A stretch of DNA of 46,151 nucleotides. Source: a virus. Location of the stretch: the IMG/VR virus record IMGVR_UViG_3300045988_148061; one strand, given 5' to 3'. The position numbers and the translations under genes are program-made. Under the pieces are notes generated by a model that saw only the letters and a program-made list of their open reading frames with translations, made no database searches and was not told where the DNA came from. Of the stretch, positions 1 through 8,451 are shown in pieces (positions within the stretch are counted from its first letter, which is position 1; every line of letters starts with the position of its first letter).

Positions 1-77
1 TTCACTAGCATAAAATTTATTACCTCTACTGTATAACATATATTTTTTACCAGTTGTTTTAGCTTCTTCTGTATATG
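1..77. repeat. Terminal overlap copy A: 1..77 identical to 46075..46151
   Basis: Base-by-base comparison of the first and last 77 nt. An ORF stays in frame across the implied junction. Confidence 0.95.
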
Positions 78-528
78 CAGTCATTATCATATCATAAGCA
101 GTAACACCTAAAAAAACTTTAGTTACACCAGTATTAGCTTGAATTATATCACCTTTATTAAGTCCATATTCAGTAAGAAAATTATTATAGATAGTAGATG
201 CAGTTTGATTTTTTATATTCTTAGATACTTTTATATCATTAAGCTTTGCACAATAGTCGTAACATAGAAAACTCATAGCATTATCACTAGATTTTTCTCT
301 TTCATATACAAAGCCCCTAAATAATTCATTATCATCTTCATAAAAAGATATTATGCTCATAATAGGTATATCAACTTTGGGAATATTTTTATCCATAGGG
401 CTACTGATTAATGAAAACTCAAGCTTTCTAGCACAACTTTTATAGTCACCACTCCAAGCAACATTAATTAGTAAATTAGTTATATCTATTTTTTCTCCAC
501 TAGCTTTTTGACATATTAATTTAATCAT
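1..528 (-). CDS. Tail/baseplate hub protein (XkdQ-like), N-terminal 176 codons; continues across the junction into 44878..46074
   Basis: ATG at 528 overlaps the TGA of the upstream gene (ATGA). The frame is open to nt 1 and in phase with the 44878..46113 ORF once 1..77 is laid on 46075..46151. Confidence 0.8.
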   Translation of the reverse strand, partial: MIKLICQKASGEKIDITNLLINVAWSGDYKSCARKLEFSLISSPMDKNIPKVDIPIMSIISFYEDDNELFRGFVYEREKSSDNAMSFLCYDYCAKLNDIKVSKNIKNQTASTIYNNFLTEYGLNKGDIIQANTGVTKVFLGVTAYDMIMTAYTEEAKTTGKKYMLYSRGNKFYASE

Positions 529-1169
529 GGAATTATCAGCTCCCATTTAACTTGAATTATATTGTTTTTAGCAAGTGATGGATATTTAGTTTTATTAGCT
601 TCTTTAATTTTAGGATATAAACTGCCTTTACCATAATATTTTTGTGCTATATCCCAAAGGCAATCACCTTTTACTACTTTATGAGTTTTTTGAGTATTAT
701 TAGTGATTTCCTCACTAGGTCTAGTTAAATTATCACTTGAACTACTTGAACTACTATTACTTAAATTAGGCACTTCAATGGGTCTGTATTCTAATAAATT
801 TAAAGTAAAATATAAATCTCTTGTACCATCTTGTTCTACCGTATCAAATTGTTGAATCAAGCATTGCATATTAGTAGGGCTATCAGTAACAATAACTCTT
901 AAAGGTTTGCCCTCATACATCCACTTTTGTATTTTCTCACTAAATTCATAAGGTTTCATAAATCCAGTATAATCACAGAAACTATATTCTTGATTAGGGA
1001 AAAAGCTAGTAAATTCAATAGTTTTTAGTGATGTACCATTAAATATAGGCACTTCTCCAAGTTTTATAACTGATTCAGTATCTATATTATTACTTCTATT
1101 CACTCCAATAGATGGAGGAACTACTGGAAATCTTATTTTATCATCATCTGTTCCTAGATATATTTCCAT
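525..1169 (-). CDS. LysM-domain tail protein (XkdP-like)
   Basis: C-terminal LysM-like segment (VVKGDCLWDIAQKYYGKGSLYPKIKEANK), Ser-rich linker, position between tape measure and hub. TAATG overlap with the tape measure stop. Confidence 0.7.
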   Translation of the reverse strand: MEIYLGTDDDKIRFPVVPPSIGVNRSNNIDTESVIKLGEVPIFNGTSLKTIEFTSFFPNQEYSFCDYTGFMKPYEFSEKIQKWMYEGKPLRVIVTDSPTNMQCLIQQFDTVEQDGTRDLYFTLNLLEYRPIEVPNLSNSSSSSSSDNLTRPSEEITNNTQKTHKVVKGDCLWDIAQKYYGKGSLYPKIKEANKTKYPSLAKNNIIQVKWELIIP

Positions 1170-2827
1170 TAATAACCTCCTGCATAAACTATTTTACTTT
1201 CATTTATTTTCTTAAGTAATTGAGAAGCTATTTTATTAATGTCGCTTTCTTCTCTTACTGTTAAACCATTTACAACTACATTTATGCTATTAGTATTTTG
1301 ACCTTTGTCGTATCTGTTTACCTCTTGTTTTGTAAGAATTTTTTCTCCTTCGTGAAGCGTTCTAACAGTTCCATCCCTTGCAATTCTACCACTACCAAAA
1401 GCATTTCTTCCTTCTGATAATCCTAATTTATCTCCTACCCAACTAGCACCTTTTTTAGCTACATTCACAACTGCATTTATAGGAGTTTTAAGAAGTTCAA
1501 CCATTTTATTCCACCAACTACATATTTGCTCTACTGCACCACTTACCTTAGCCAAAGCTTTTACTAATGTGCTTAATATAGGCTCACATATACTCCAAGC
1601 ACCTTGTAAAAGTACACCGACTGTTTTCCATACTGATTGCCATACAGTACCAAATGTCTTAACTATAGCTGATATTTCAGTAGAATGACTTGCTATAAAG
1701 TTAAATATAGCTTCAATGACTGGTCTTACTGCTTCTATTGTAGCTTTTACTAAATTCCAAGCTACTTCAAACACAGTTTTAAATATTTGCATATATTGAC
1801 TAGCTTGCTCGGACTCAGAGAAAGCTTCAAAACCTGCTTTTACACTTTCAGCCACAGCAACCATTTTAGGTGATATACTATCTATAAAGCCTATAATACC
1901 ACTCATACTACCACTTAACATATCAGTAAATACTTTAGTAACACCTTTCAAGCTATTTTTAGCCTTACCACTTATCGTAGATAATAACCCACCTAAGGTA
2001 GTAGACATTTCATTTACTAATCCACCTTGATTTTTAGCAATTCCTTCTTTAGCTTCCTCAAATGTTTTATATTGAGTTCCCAACATATTATTAAGTGCCT
2101 CCATATTTCCATTTGAAGCACTAAAGAAAGCCTCTGAAATCTCTTGTTCAGTTCTAAGTGTACCGACGAAGGCCTTTACATTTCCTTGTAAGTCTGTAAG
2201 CTTCTTAGCTTCTTCTATATCACCTTTTGACATCATCATAGATTTAACTCCAAATTGAGTTACCGCTGAAGTTTCAAAAGGTGTTTTATTTGCATAATCT
2301 TCAAGATATTTATAATATTCATCTGTAGCCTTTTTAGCTTGTTCTTTAGATTGACCAGTATTTTGGATTACTCTATTTATAGTAAGCTTTTGTGTTTGTT
2401 CATTTGCTAGTTCATTAAACCCAGTCTTAGCACCTACCATAACAGTAGCACCTAAAGCTAATGCACTAAGTTTCCCTTGAATACTTGACAATACACTAGA
2501 AGCTTTATCTTTTACTGATACAGTAGCACTCCAAACCTTACCAGCAAAGGCTCGAAGTGTTCCGTTTACTTTAGATAAAACCTTACTAGCCATATCTTTA
2601 GCTTTAAGCACAAACTGACCAAATTTAGTAGCCTTAAATTTATCTACTTGTGCTTTTACCTTAGATATAACTTTACTAGCCATATCTTTAGCTTTTAACA
2701 CTAAAGGTTTAACTGCTTTTGCAGTAGCTTGGAAAGTTTTAGTTTGAGATATAACCTTTTGCATAGGCTTAGTAAAATTATCGACTGCTTGAATTTTAGC
2801 CCTTAAAACTTTTTCTGTACTGCTCAT
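1169..2827 (-). CDS. Tail tape measure protein
   Basis: 552-aa helical Ala/Lys-rich protein with hydrophobic central segments and an internal duplication, directly after the chaperone pair. Confidence 0.75.
   Translation of the reverse strand: MSSTEKVLRAKIQAVDNFTKPMQKVISQTKTFQATAKAVKPLVLKAKDMASKVISKVKAQVDKFKATKFGQFVLKAKDMASKVLSKVNGTLRAFAGKVWSATVSVKDKASSVLSSIQGKLSALALGATVMVGAKTGFNELANEQTQKLTINRVIQNTGQSKEQAKKATDEYYKYLEDYANKTPFETSAVTQFGVKSMMMSKGDIEEAKKLTDLQGNVKAFVGTLRTEQEISEAFFSASNGNMEALNNMLGTQYKTFEEAKEGIAKNQGGLVNEMSTTLGGLLSTISGKAKNSLKGVTKVFTDMLSGSMSGIIGFIDSISPKMVAVAESVKAGFEAFSESEQASQYMQIFKTVFEVAWNLVKATIEAVRPVIEAIFNFIASHSTEISAIVKTFGTVWQSVWKTVGVLLQGAWSICEPILSTLVKALAKVSGAVEQICSWWNKMVELLKTPINAVVNVAKKGASWVGDKLGLSEGRNAFGSGRIARDGTVRTLHEGEKILTKQEVNRYDKGQNTNSINVVVNGLTVREESDINKIASQLLKKINESKIVYAGGY
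2571..2701. repeat. Two about 41-nt near-identical copies 90 nt apart inside the tape measure gene
   Basis: ttagataaaaccttactagccatatctttagctttaagcac versus ttagatataactttactagccatatctttagcttttaacac. They encode VLKAKDMASKV(I/L)SKV twice. Confidence 0.85.
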
Positions 2828-2830
2828 TTA

Positions 2831-3432
2831 TTACACCTCCTCTAAGGAGTTTTTCTTCTGCTCTATTTCCATTTCTTGTTTTATAAAAGCTAAAAGTATC
2901 TCTTTTTCGCCTTTATCCATAGAATTTAATAGATTATAGCTTTCTTTTGGACTAATGATATTTTTCTTATGAAATAAATAAAACATCAAGAATGTATTAT
3001 CATCAGTCTTTATTAGTTTTTTACTTCTTCTATTAAATCACCTTTATATCCAGTTAGTTCAGTTATAGTGTCAGCTAATGCACTTATTTCTCCGCTTAAT
3101 AAAAGCTTTTTAATTAACTCTTTTCCATGTGGAACTTTGAATTTTTTATGAAGTTCTTTATTAGAAAAAAATCTTGTTCCATCTTCTGCATTAAAAACAC
3201 CATTAAACACTAATTCTATTTGAAGTTTTTGTAAATCAAATGTAGGCTCTTTAGTAGTTATATCAATACAATTTTCTTGTATCTCGCTATACTTGTCATA
3301 AGTTAAAGCCTTACATAAAACCGTAAATTTTTCTCCAAATATATTGGATAATCTTTTTATTTCAACCTCTTTGCTAGGTCTTTGTATTTGTTCTAAATCT
3401 GCATTTAAAAGTAAATCTATTACATTACTCAT
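2831..3432 (-). CDS. Tail assembly chaperone, long isoform by -1 frameshift (G/GT-type)
   Basis: The -1 frame is open for 62 codons from the slippery heptamer to the TAA at 2831..2833. It has no convincing start or SD of its own and ends 3 nt before the tape measure ATG. Confidence 0.55.
3013..3432 (-). CDS. Tail assembly chaperone, short isoform (XkdN-like)
   Basis: Lies between the tube and tape measure genes. Start trimmed to the ATG at 3432, preceded by AAAGGAG. Ends just after an A_AAA_AAC slippery site. Confidence 0.65.
   Translation of the reverse strand: MSNVIDLLLNADLEQIQRPSKEVEIKRLSNIFGEKFTVLCKALTYDKYSEIQENCIDITTKEPTFDLQKLQIELVFNGVFNAEDGTRFFSNKELHKKFKVPHGKELIKKLLLSGEISALADTITELTGYKGDLIEEVKN
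3016..3022 (-). promoter_or_regulatory. -1 ribosomal frameshift heptamer A_AAA_AAC
   Basis: Plus strand gtttttt. In the zero frame it reads GTA AAA AAC TAA. Confidence 0.6.
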
Positions 3433-3450
3433 AGTCAATATTCTCCTTTG

Positions 3451-3484
3451 CATATAAAAATAAAGACTAGGAGCAATATCCTAG
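3451..3484 (-). terminator. Hairpin plus T-tract after the tail tube gene
   Basis: Minus strand CTAGGA-tattgc-TCCTAG followed by TCTTTATTTTTAT. Confidence 0.5.
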
Positions 3485-3499
3485 CCTTACTAAAATGAA

Positions 3500-3925
3500 T
3501 TATATTAAATCTAAAAAGTCATAATCTGTAAATGTAAAAGGACATTCAGTCTGACCTACTGCACCTACTTCAAAGTCAAATAAAGTTAAGTCATCAAATG
3601 ATACGTTGTTTATTGCTATTCTTTCTACACCGTCAGAGTCAGGGTCTGCTAATTTACCTATTATAGTAAATCTAGGTTCTTTGCCTTCTTTTATTTGTTG
3701 GCCTATAGCTTTTATCATTCTTGAATTAACTTTATGTAAAGTTATTGAACCTTTACCACTATACCCCATATATTTAGTACCAGTTGCCATTTTGCCAGCT
3801 ACCTTAACTTCTTCTTTTTGGAATTCTAATTTAGCTTGAAATGCTTTAGCCTCTGCAACTTCTTCTCCATCTAAAAAAACAGTACCATGAGTACCATTTA
3901 TTATCTTTCTTTCATCTATAGCCAT
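3500..3925 (-). CDS. Tail tube protein (XkdM-like)
   Basis: 141-aa product directly downstream of the sheath gene. Start trimmed to the ATG at 3925 after TAGGAGGTG. Confidence 0.75.
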   Translation of the reverse strand: MAIDERKIINGTHGTVFLDGEEVAEAKAFQAKLEFQKEEVKVAGKMATGTKYMGYSGKGSITLHKVNSRMIKAIGQQIKEGKEPRFTIIGKLADPDSDGVERIAINNVSFDDLTLFDFEVGAVGQTECPFTFTDYDFLDLI

Positions 3926-3935
3926 AATACACCTC

Positions 3936-4985
3936 CTATATAGAAATTCCAATCACTATATCTTCCATAGCATCTAAAGTCTTTAGTGATATTGCTAAAA
4001 ATACATTACTTTGTGTATTAGCTTCTTTTATTTCTTGCTCTGTCATAGAGCTCACATCTAAATTTGTATTATCTTTAAGCCATTTTTTATGTGCTTCCAA
4101 ATCTATACCAACATAAGACACTTTTTCTATTAATTGTTCATTTTCTAATTCTTCTAAGTAATTCTTTATTTCTGTTATCAATATACACTTATTATCATAG
4201 TTATTAGGTACTTTACCTATATATTTTTCAACTATAACTCTTCTTAAATCATTGTGTATTAGATTTAAAGTTTTTCTTAATTTTATTTTTTGGAAAGCAT
4301 TACCCTTTACATCAGTTAAAGTAGTTAATGAGTTTACTCCTCGAGCAACTCTTACTTTTCCCATTTCTCTTACTAAGATTAACTCACCATTGTCTATACG
4401 AGTATCAGCTTGTTCTTTAGTAAGATTTTCTATAGCATCAACATCTGATAAAGTTGCAAAAGTAATAGATTGATTTAAAGGAGTTCCTTCTATAAGTCCT
4501 GCTATTCTTGCAGTATGATTAGCAGTAGTTACACTTTCGCCACCTACTACTATATTTTTAGCAGTATAGTTTATCATAGCTTCACTATCTGCTTTGTCAT
4601 TTGCAATTATTGCATCACATTTATATTTAACAACATCATTCATTTTCTTTATAAATGTTTTTATAGCAGTTACATCAGAAGTTTCAGCCGAAGGCATACA
4701 CATTAAGTTAAACTCTACACCTTCAAAATAAGTTAATGCTTCTAATATTTCACTATCTGAACCTAATACATAAAGTTCTATTTTGTTAGGTGAACCTTTT
4801 AATACATCTTTTATTAATCCTTGATTAGCTTCTGTTAAGCTAGACGGTATATCTCCTTCATCAAACACAGTTAAAGAAGTTTTAGCAGTATCTTTTAATA
4901 TTAAAGCTACTATACCTCTTTGACTTCTTACTACTGCTGATTTAGCTAATTGCTTAAAGCTTATATCTATTATTGGTAATCCCAT
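3936..4985 (-). CDS. Contractile tail sheath protein (XkdK-like)
   Basis: 349 aa, in the conserved sheath-tube-chaperone-tape measure order. N terminus MGLPIIDISFKQLA is typical of this sheath family. Confidence 0.8.
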   Translation of the reverse strand: MGLPIIDISFKQLAKSAVVRSQRGIVALILKDTAKTSLTVFDEGDIPSSLTEANQGLIKDVLKGSPNKIELYVLGSDSEILEALTYFEGVEFNLMCMPSAETSDVTAIKTFIKKMNDVVKYKCDAIIANDKADSEAMINYTAKNIVVGGESVTTANHTARIAGLIEGTPLNQSITFATLSDVDAIENLTKEQADTRIDNGELILVREMGKVRVARGVNSLTTLTDVKGNAFQKIKLRKTLNLIHNDLRRVIVEKYIGKVPNNYDNKCILITEIKNYLEELENEQLIEKVSYVGIDLEAHKKWLKDNTNLDVSSMTEQEIKEANTQSNVFLAISLKTLDAMEDIVIGISI

Positions 4986-4989
4986 TCAA

Positions 4990-5421
4990 TCACCCCTTCA
5001 TATTTAAGTTTACATCTTGCATATTATCGCAAGTTTCATTATTAAGTTTTATAAAGTCAAAATAAGTTACATAAATTAAAAAATCTAACATATCACCAAC
5101 TTCATCAGTTAAAAAGTTTGGTTCAACGTTAGATATATTTAATACCCTATCATTAACTTTTAAACTTCTAGCAAATAAACCTTCTAATTTATCTGCTATA
5201 TCATAATTATTTAATTTATCATTACTAAAATATTTTACTGAAATCATTAATTGCTTTTCGTTAGTTTTCAAAGTAGAAGCTTTGACTGTAACTGGTACTA
5301 AAGTTACATAAAAACATTCATTCTCAAAAGTCCCCTCTTGATTTTGAACTATCACATCACAATTAAAATTATCAGATAAAATTTTAGTAGTAGAAAATAA
5401 AATATCTTTGTAAGTTATCAT
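4990..5421 (-). CDS. Tail completion/terminator-like structural protein
   Basis: Assigned by position only, immediately upstream of the sheath gene. Confidence 0.4.
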   Translation of the reverse strand: MITYKDILFSTTKILSDNFNCDVIVQNQEGTFENECFYVTLVPVTVKASTLKTNEKQLMISVKYFSNDKLNNYDIADKLEGLFARSLKVNDRVLNISNVEPNFLTDEVGDMLDFLIYVTYFDFIKLNNETCDNMQDVNLNMKG

Positions 5422-5434
5422 ATTAACCTACTTT

Positions 5435-5794
5435 CTACTTGAATAGATTGTCTATCATTATAGAAAATTCTTTATCAAGTTCTGATTCAATTTCTTTTAC
5501 TGATTTTTCAAGCATATAAACTCCGTCAACAAAGGATTTTCCTCCCTTTGTTCTGTGGCCATAGTTTACGAATTGGCCGTATCTGCAATTATTAAACACT
5601 AGCCTTTCAAGGTTACTTATCTTTTTAGGTTGCCAACTTCTCCTTAACAATCCACTATCAACTGGTGTTTTTAGCTTAACTTTAGCTACTAATTTACTAG
5701 CAATAATATCTAATTTCTTATTAGCTTCTTTTTCAAAATTATTACTAGCATTTTCTAAAACTTTAGTAAAATCATCTAATCCTTGAATTTCCAT
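5435..5794 (-). CDS. HK97 gp10-family head-tail joining protein
   Basis: About 119 aa with a VDSGLLRRSW motif resembling the gp10-family T/DxGxLRxS signature. Position fits. Confidence 0.55.
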   Translation of the reverse strand: MEIQGLDDFTKVLENASNNFEKEANKKLDIIASKLVAKVKLKTPVDSGLLRRSWQPKKISNLERLVFNNCRYGQFVNYGHRTKGGKSFVDGVYMLEKSVKEIESELDKEFSIMIDNLFK

Positions 5795-5795
5795 T

Positions 5796-6143
5796 TTAAG
5801 CCCTCTCTTTATAGCTTAATGAAATTTCCATATGAGAGGAATAATAAAAAGGCTTAGAGGCTAAATAAATAGATATTTTACCCATACTAGATACTTCTAC
5901 TGCATCACCTTCTTGAATATCAATATTAGGATTTAAAAATAATAAATGAGAAAAAGCTAATTTTCCAACTCCATCACTAGACATCATTTGAACATCTTTT
6001 TTAGATAAAGCACATTTAACATTTTCAGCTATTATTTCTTCTACAGTTTCAGTTACACCAGTATTTTCATTTTTAGCTTTAACTTTTCTCTTAATAGTAC
6101 ATCTGTCAAAGTAAGTGCTTTCTAATATTTCAATATCAGTCAT
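5796..6143 (-). CDS. Head closure/head-tail adaptor protein
   Basis: Assigned by position and size. ATG at 6143 overlaps the upstream stop (TAATG). Confidence 0.4.
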   Translation of the reverse strand: MTDIEILESTYFDRCTIKRKVKAKNENTGVTETVEEIIAENVKCALSKKDVQMMSSDGVGKLAFSHLLFLNPNIDIQEGDAVEVSSMGKISIYLASKPFYYSSHMEISLSYKERA

Positions 6144-6484
6144 TAGTAGCACCTAGCCCTTCTATACTGCTTTAAAAATTCTTTATCAGATGAAGTTAAA
6201 GTTGCACCGTTTGAAGTAGACACAACATCTCCAACATTATATTCTATTTTAGTGTCCCCTCTACTTATAGACTTAATTTCACCAGTATTTTGAGTTCCCC
6301 CACTCACTAAAGGCTTCATAATAGATACAACTTTATCTTCTATAAAGCTTTCTAGTCCTTCTGTAAGTTCATTTATATTACAATATTCAATTACCATTGT
6401 TTCAACTTTAGATAAATATAGCAATATAATATTGTCGTGCTCATCATTAGTAATATTTAATATTAATTTTATATTTTCTAACAT
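6143..6484 (-). CDS. gp6-like head-tail connector protein
   Basis: N terminus MLENIKLILNITNDEHDNIILLYL resembles the gp6-like connector family. The ATG at 6484 follows GGTAGGTGA. Confidence 0.5.
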   Translation of the reverse strand: MLENIKLILNITNDEHDNIILLYLSKVETMVIEYCNINELTEGLESFIEDKVVSIMKPLVSGGTQNTGEIKSISRGDTKIEYNVGDVVSTSNGATLTSSDKEFLKQYRRARCY

Positions 6485-6494
6485 AATAATCACC

Positions 6495-6528
6495 TACCTA
6501 AAGAAAGAAGGTAGGAGAATAATCTCCT
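6495..6528 (-). terminator. Hairpin(s) after the capsid gene; weak terminator and/or SD-sequestering stem
   Basis: Minus strand AGGAGATTATTCTCCT followed by ACCTTCTTTCTTT. The overlapping CCTACC...GGTAGG stem would pair with the SD of the next gene. Confidence 0.35.
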
Positions 6529-6645
6529 ATCTTTTTAGTAGTTTTTTTCTTTCTAGTTTTCTTTTGTGGGGCTTCCACTTCTTCGACTTCATCAGTTAAA
6601 GAAGCTATACTAACTTCATTAACTGATTTTGAAGCACTTCGTGTG

Positions 6646-7422
6646 CTAACCTTGAACGTATTTTACTATAGCTTCTTCTCTTAAAGTTTTAACACCGTCA
6701 ACTTGAAGTCCTCTTATACCATCAGCAAAAGAGTTTTGTAATCTCATAGCTTCTGTTTCTTCTAATTGTTTAGCATATCCTATAGCTGACTTATGTAATA
6801 CTACTATAGCAAATGTACCGTCATTTAATTCTTCAGAGAATACTAATTGAGTACCGTTTATGTTAGCACCTTCTATTATTCCGTTTTCTAATATTGTATA
6901 TTGTAATGTAAATCTTGAATCTAGTTGTAAATCTTGTAAAACTTCTGCATTTATAACTGCATATCTTTGAGCCTTAGGCACTTTATTTTTATTTAAAGCA
7001 GTATTAGCTTTTACTATTAAATCATATGCTTTGTCAGAATCTTCTTTAGTTACTGTGTTAGAAGTTTCTAAAGCTTCTGTTAATACAAATTTGTCAGTAG
7101 CTTCTTGTAATCCATACCCTGCCTCTTCAACGTGAGGGTCTATTAAATCACCTGCTGCTTGAACTGCGTCAACATCATCAACTTTAAATGCCCAATAATT
7201 TTTATTATCTAAAGCTAATTCAACTTTTGAAGTTGTTAAATCTTTAAAGTCTACAGTTCCAGTGTATTTGTTTATAGCTACATCTGATACCTTATTGAAT
7301 ATTACTTTGTTTCCTTCTACCTTTGTAGGTGCTGTAGTTATTAAGTCTGTTATACTTCTTTCGTGGAATTTTGCTAATAATCTTGCTTCCCAAATTGAAG
7401 GTATAAAGTTAGTTACTGCCAT
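6646..7422 (-). CDS. Major capsid protein
   Basis: N terminus MAVTNFIPSIWEARLL matches the (F)IPE(I)W(S)xxL start of P22-coat-like capsids. It follows the scaffold gene. Confidence 0.75.
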   Translation of the reverse strand: MAVTNFIPSIWEARLLAKFHERSITDLITTAPTKVEGNKVIFNKVSDVAINKYTGTVDFKDLTTSKVELALDNKNYWAFKVDDVDAVQAAGDLIDPHVEEAGYGLQEATDKFVLTEALETSNTVTKEDSDKAYDLIVKANTALNKNKVPKAQRYAVINAEVLQDLQLDSRFTLQYTILENGIIEGANINGTQLVFSEELNDGTFAIVVLHKSAIGYAKQLEETEAMRLQNSFADGIRGLQVDGVKTLREEAIVKYVQG

Positions 7423-7460
7423 ATTATTTCACCATAATAGCTTTTACAAGCTATCCTTTC

Positions 7461-8066
7461 TTATCTAAAATTATTTTTTATCTTATCCCAGTTTTTATTT
7501 ATTTCTTCTGCTGACATATTTCTTAATTGGTCTACTGTGTAAGTAGCTTTAGTAGTAGTTGAAGTTTTCAACTCACCACTTGTTCTTAATCTAGCATTTA
7601 CTGATTTTTCTATAGCTTCTGACCAACATTTTTCAAACACTTCTACATTTCCCATTATTTCATCAGCAGTATCTGATTTTATGAATTGACATAATTCAAT
7701 TGGTAGTCCTTTTTCACTTAAAAGTTTCATAGTTTCATTTTTAATTTTCTCTTGCTCAAAAGCTTTCTTTTCAGCTTCATATTTAGCCACTTTATCCTCA
7801 AACCTTTTACGCTCTCTTTCAGCTTTAGCCTTTATCTTTTCAGCTTCTGTCATTTTAGCAAGTTTTTCAGATTCTTCTTCTATAAGCTTTTCTTGCATTT
7901 CTTGTTGCTTTAATCTTTCAGCTTCTAATTTCTTTTTTTCTTTAGCTATTCTTTCTGCAACTATTTTATTAAGTTCGTCTTGAGTAAAAGTCTTAACTTC
8001 TTTAGCTTCTACTTCTGTGTTTTCTTGTACTTCATTATTAACAACGTTGTTTTCTAAATTTTCCAT
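7461..8066 (-). CDS. Capsid scaffolding protein
   Basis: 201 aa, highly charged Glu/Lys coiled-coil, directly upstream of the capsid gene. Strong SD (AGGAGG). Confidence 0.7.
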   Translation of the reverse strand: MENLENNVVNNEVQENTEVEAKEVKTFTQDELNKIVAERIAKEKKKLEAERLKQQEMQEKLIEEESEKLAKMTEAEKIKAKAERERKRFEDKVAKYEAEKKAFEQEKIKNETMKLLSEKGLPIELCQFIKSDTADEIMGNVEVFEKCWSEAIEKSVNARLRTSGELKTSTTTKATYTVDQLRNMSAEEINKNWDKIKNNFR

Positions 8067-8226
8067 TTTTTAATCCTCCTAGTTTAAAGCCATAGTAGGC
8101 TAAGTTTTCCGAGTTCTCTTTTACGTCTAAACAAGTAAAAAGACAATAAAAAAAGCCCTTACCAAAGACTTTAGTAAAAGCTAAAAAGACTATATATAAT
8201 ATATTATTTATTATTCTTATTGATAG

Positions 8227-8245
8227 TATTGTTAGAAATATCACG
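8227..8245 (+). repeat. Composite motif TTGTTAGAAATATCAC
   Basis: Joins one unit of each of the two neighbouring repeat families. A second copy, TTGTTAGAAATGTCAC, is at 8371..8386. Confidence 0.8.
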
Positions 8246-8248
8246 CTA

Positions 8249-8281
8249 ATATCGCATAAATATCACATAAATATCACATAA
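8249..8281 (+). repeat. 3 x 11-bp tandem repeat ATATC(G/A)CATAA
   Basis: Read directly. Further ATATCAC cores at 8238, 8411 and 8806, and inverted at 24246..24252. Confidence 0.9.
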
Positions 8282-8282
8282 A

Positions 8283-8311
8283 TGCAACGATTAATCACTA
8301 AAACCGTTGCA
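8283..8311. repeat. Inverted repeat TGCAACG-N15-CGTTGCA
   Basis: 7-bp perfect arms lying between the two 11-bp arrays. Confidence 0.8.
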
Positions 8312-8335
8312 AATACTATATTTTATTTGTTATAT

Positions 8336-8387
8336 TATTGTTAGATTATTGTTAGATTGTTGTTAGATTGTTGTTAGAAATGTCACA
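8336..8387 (+). repeat. 4 x 11-bp tandem repeat (T[A/G]TTGTTAGAT), ending in the composite TTGTTAGAAATGTCAC
   Basis: TTGTTAGA cores at 8338, 8349, 8360 and 8371, an exact 11-bp period. Confidence 0.9.
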
Positions 8388-8451
8388 TATTTTTCAATAA
8401 AAAAGAACTTATATCACAATAAGTCCTTAAATACATTGAAAATGCTATATT

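Noticed and set aside
6494-6645. The roughly 150-nt gap after the capsid gene contains a 57-codon open frame (NTFKVSTRSASKSVNEVSIASLTDEVEEVEAPQKKTRKKKTTKKIGDYSPTFFL). It is in the +1 frame relative to the capsid stop, so a frameshift-extended capsid isoform was considered.
   Set aside because: There is no ATG, GTG or TTG with an SD. No recognisable shifty site lies in the last capsid codons (only 5 codons of overlap are open). The -1 frame closes at once. Hairpins acting as a terminator or SD-sequestering stem explain the gap adequately. It would only be worth revisiting if proteomics shows a larger capsid species.
8038-8244. 68-aa minus-strand ORF overlapping the scaffold gene start.
   Set aside because: It spans the scaffold SD and start and then non-coding repeat DNA. 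The product is hydrophobic and low-complexity, and there is no SD. The region is better explained as regulatory or iteron DNA.
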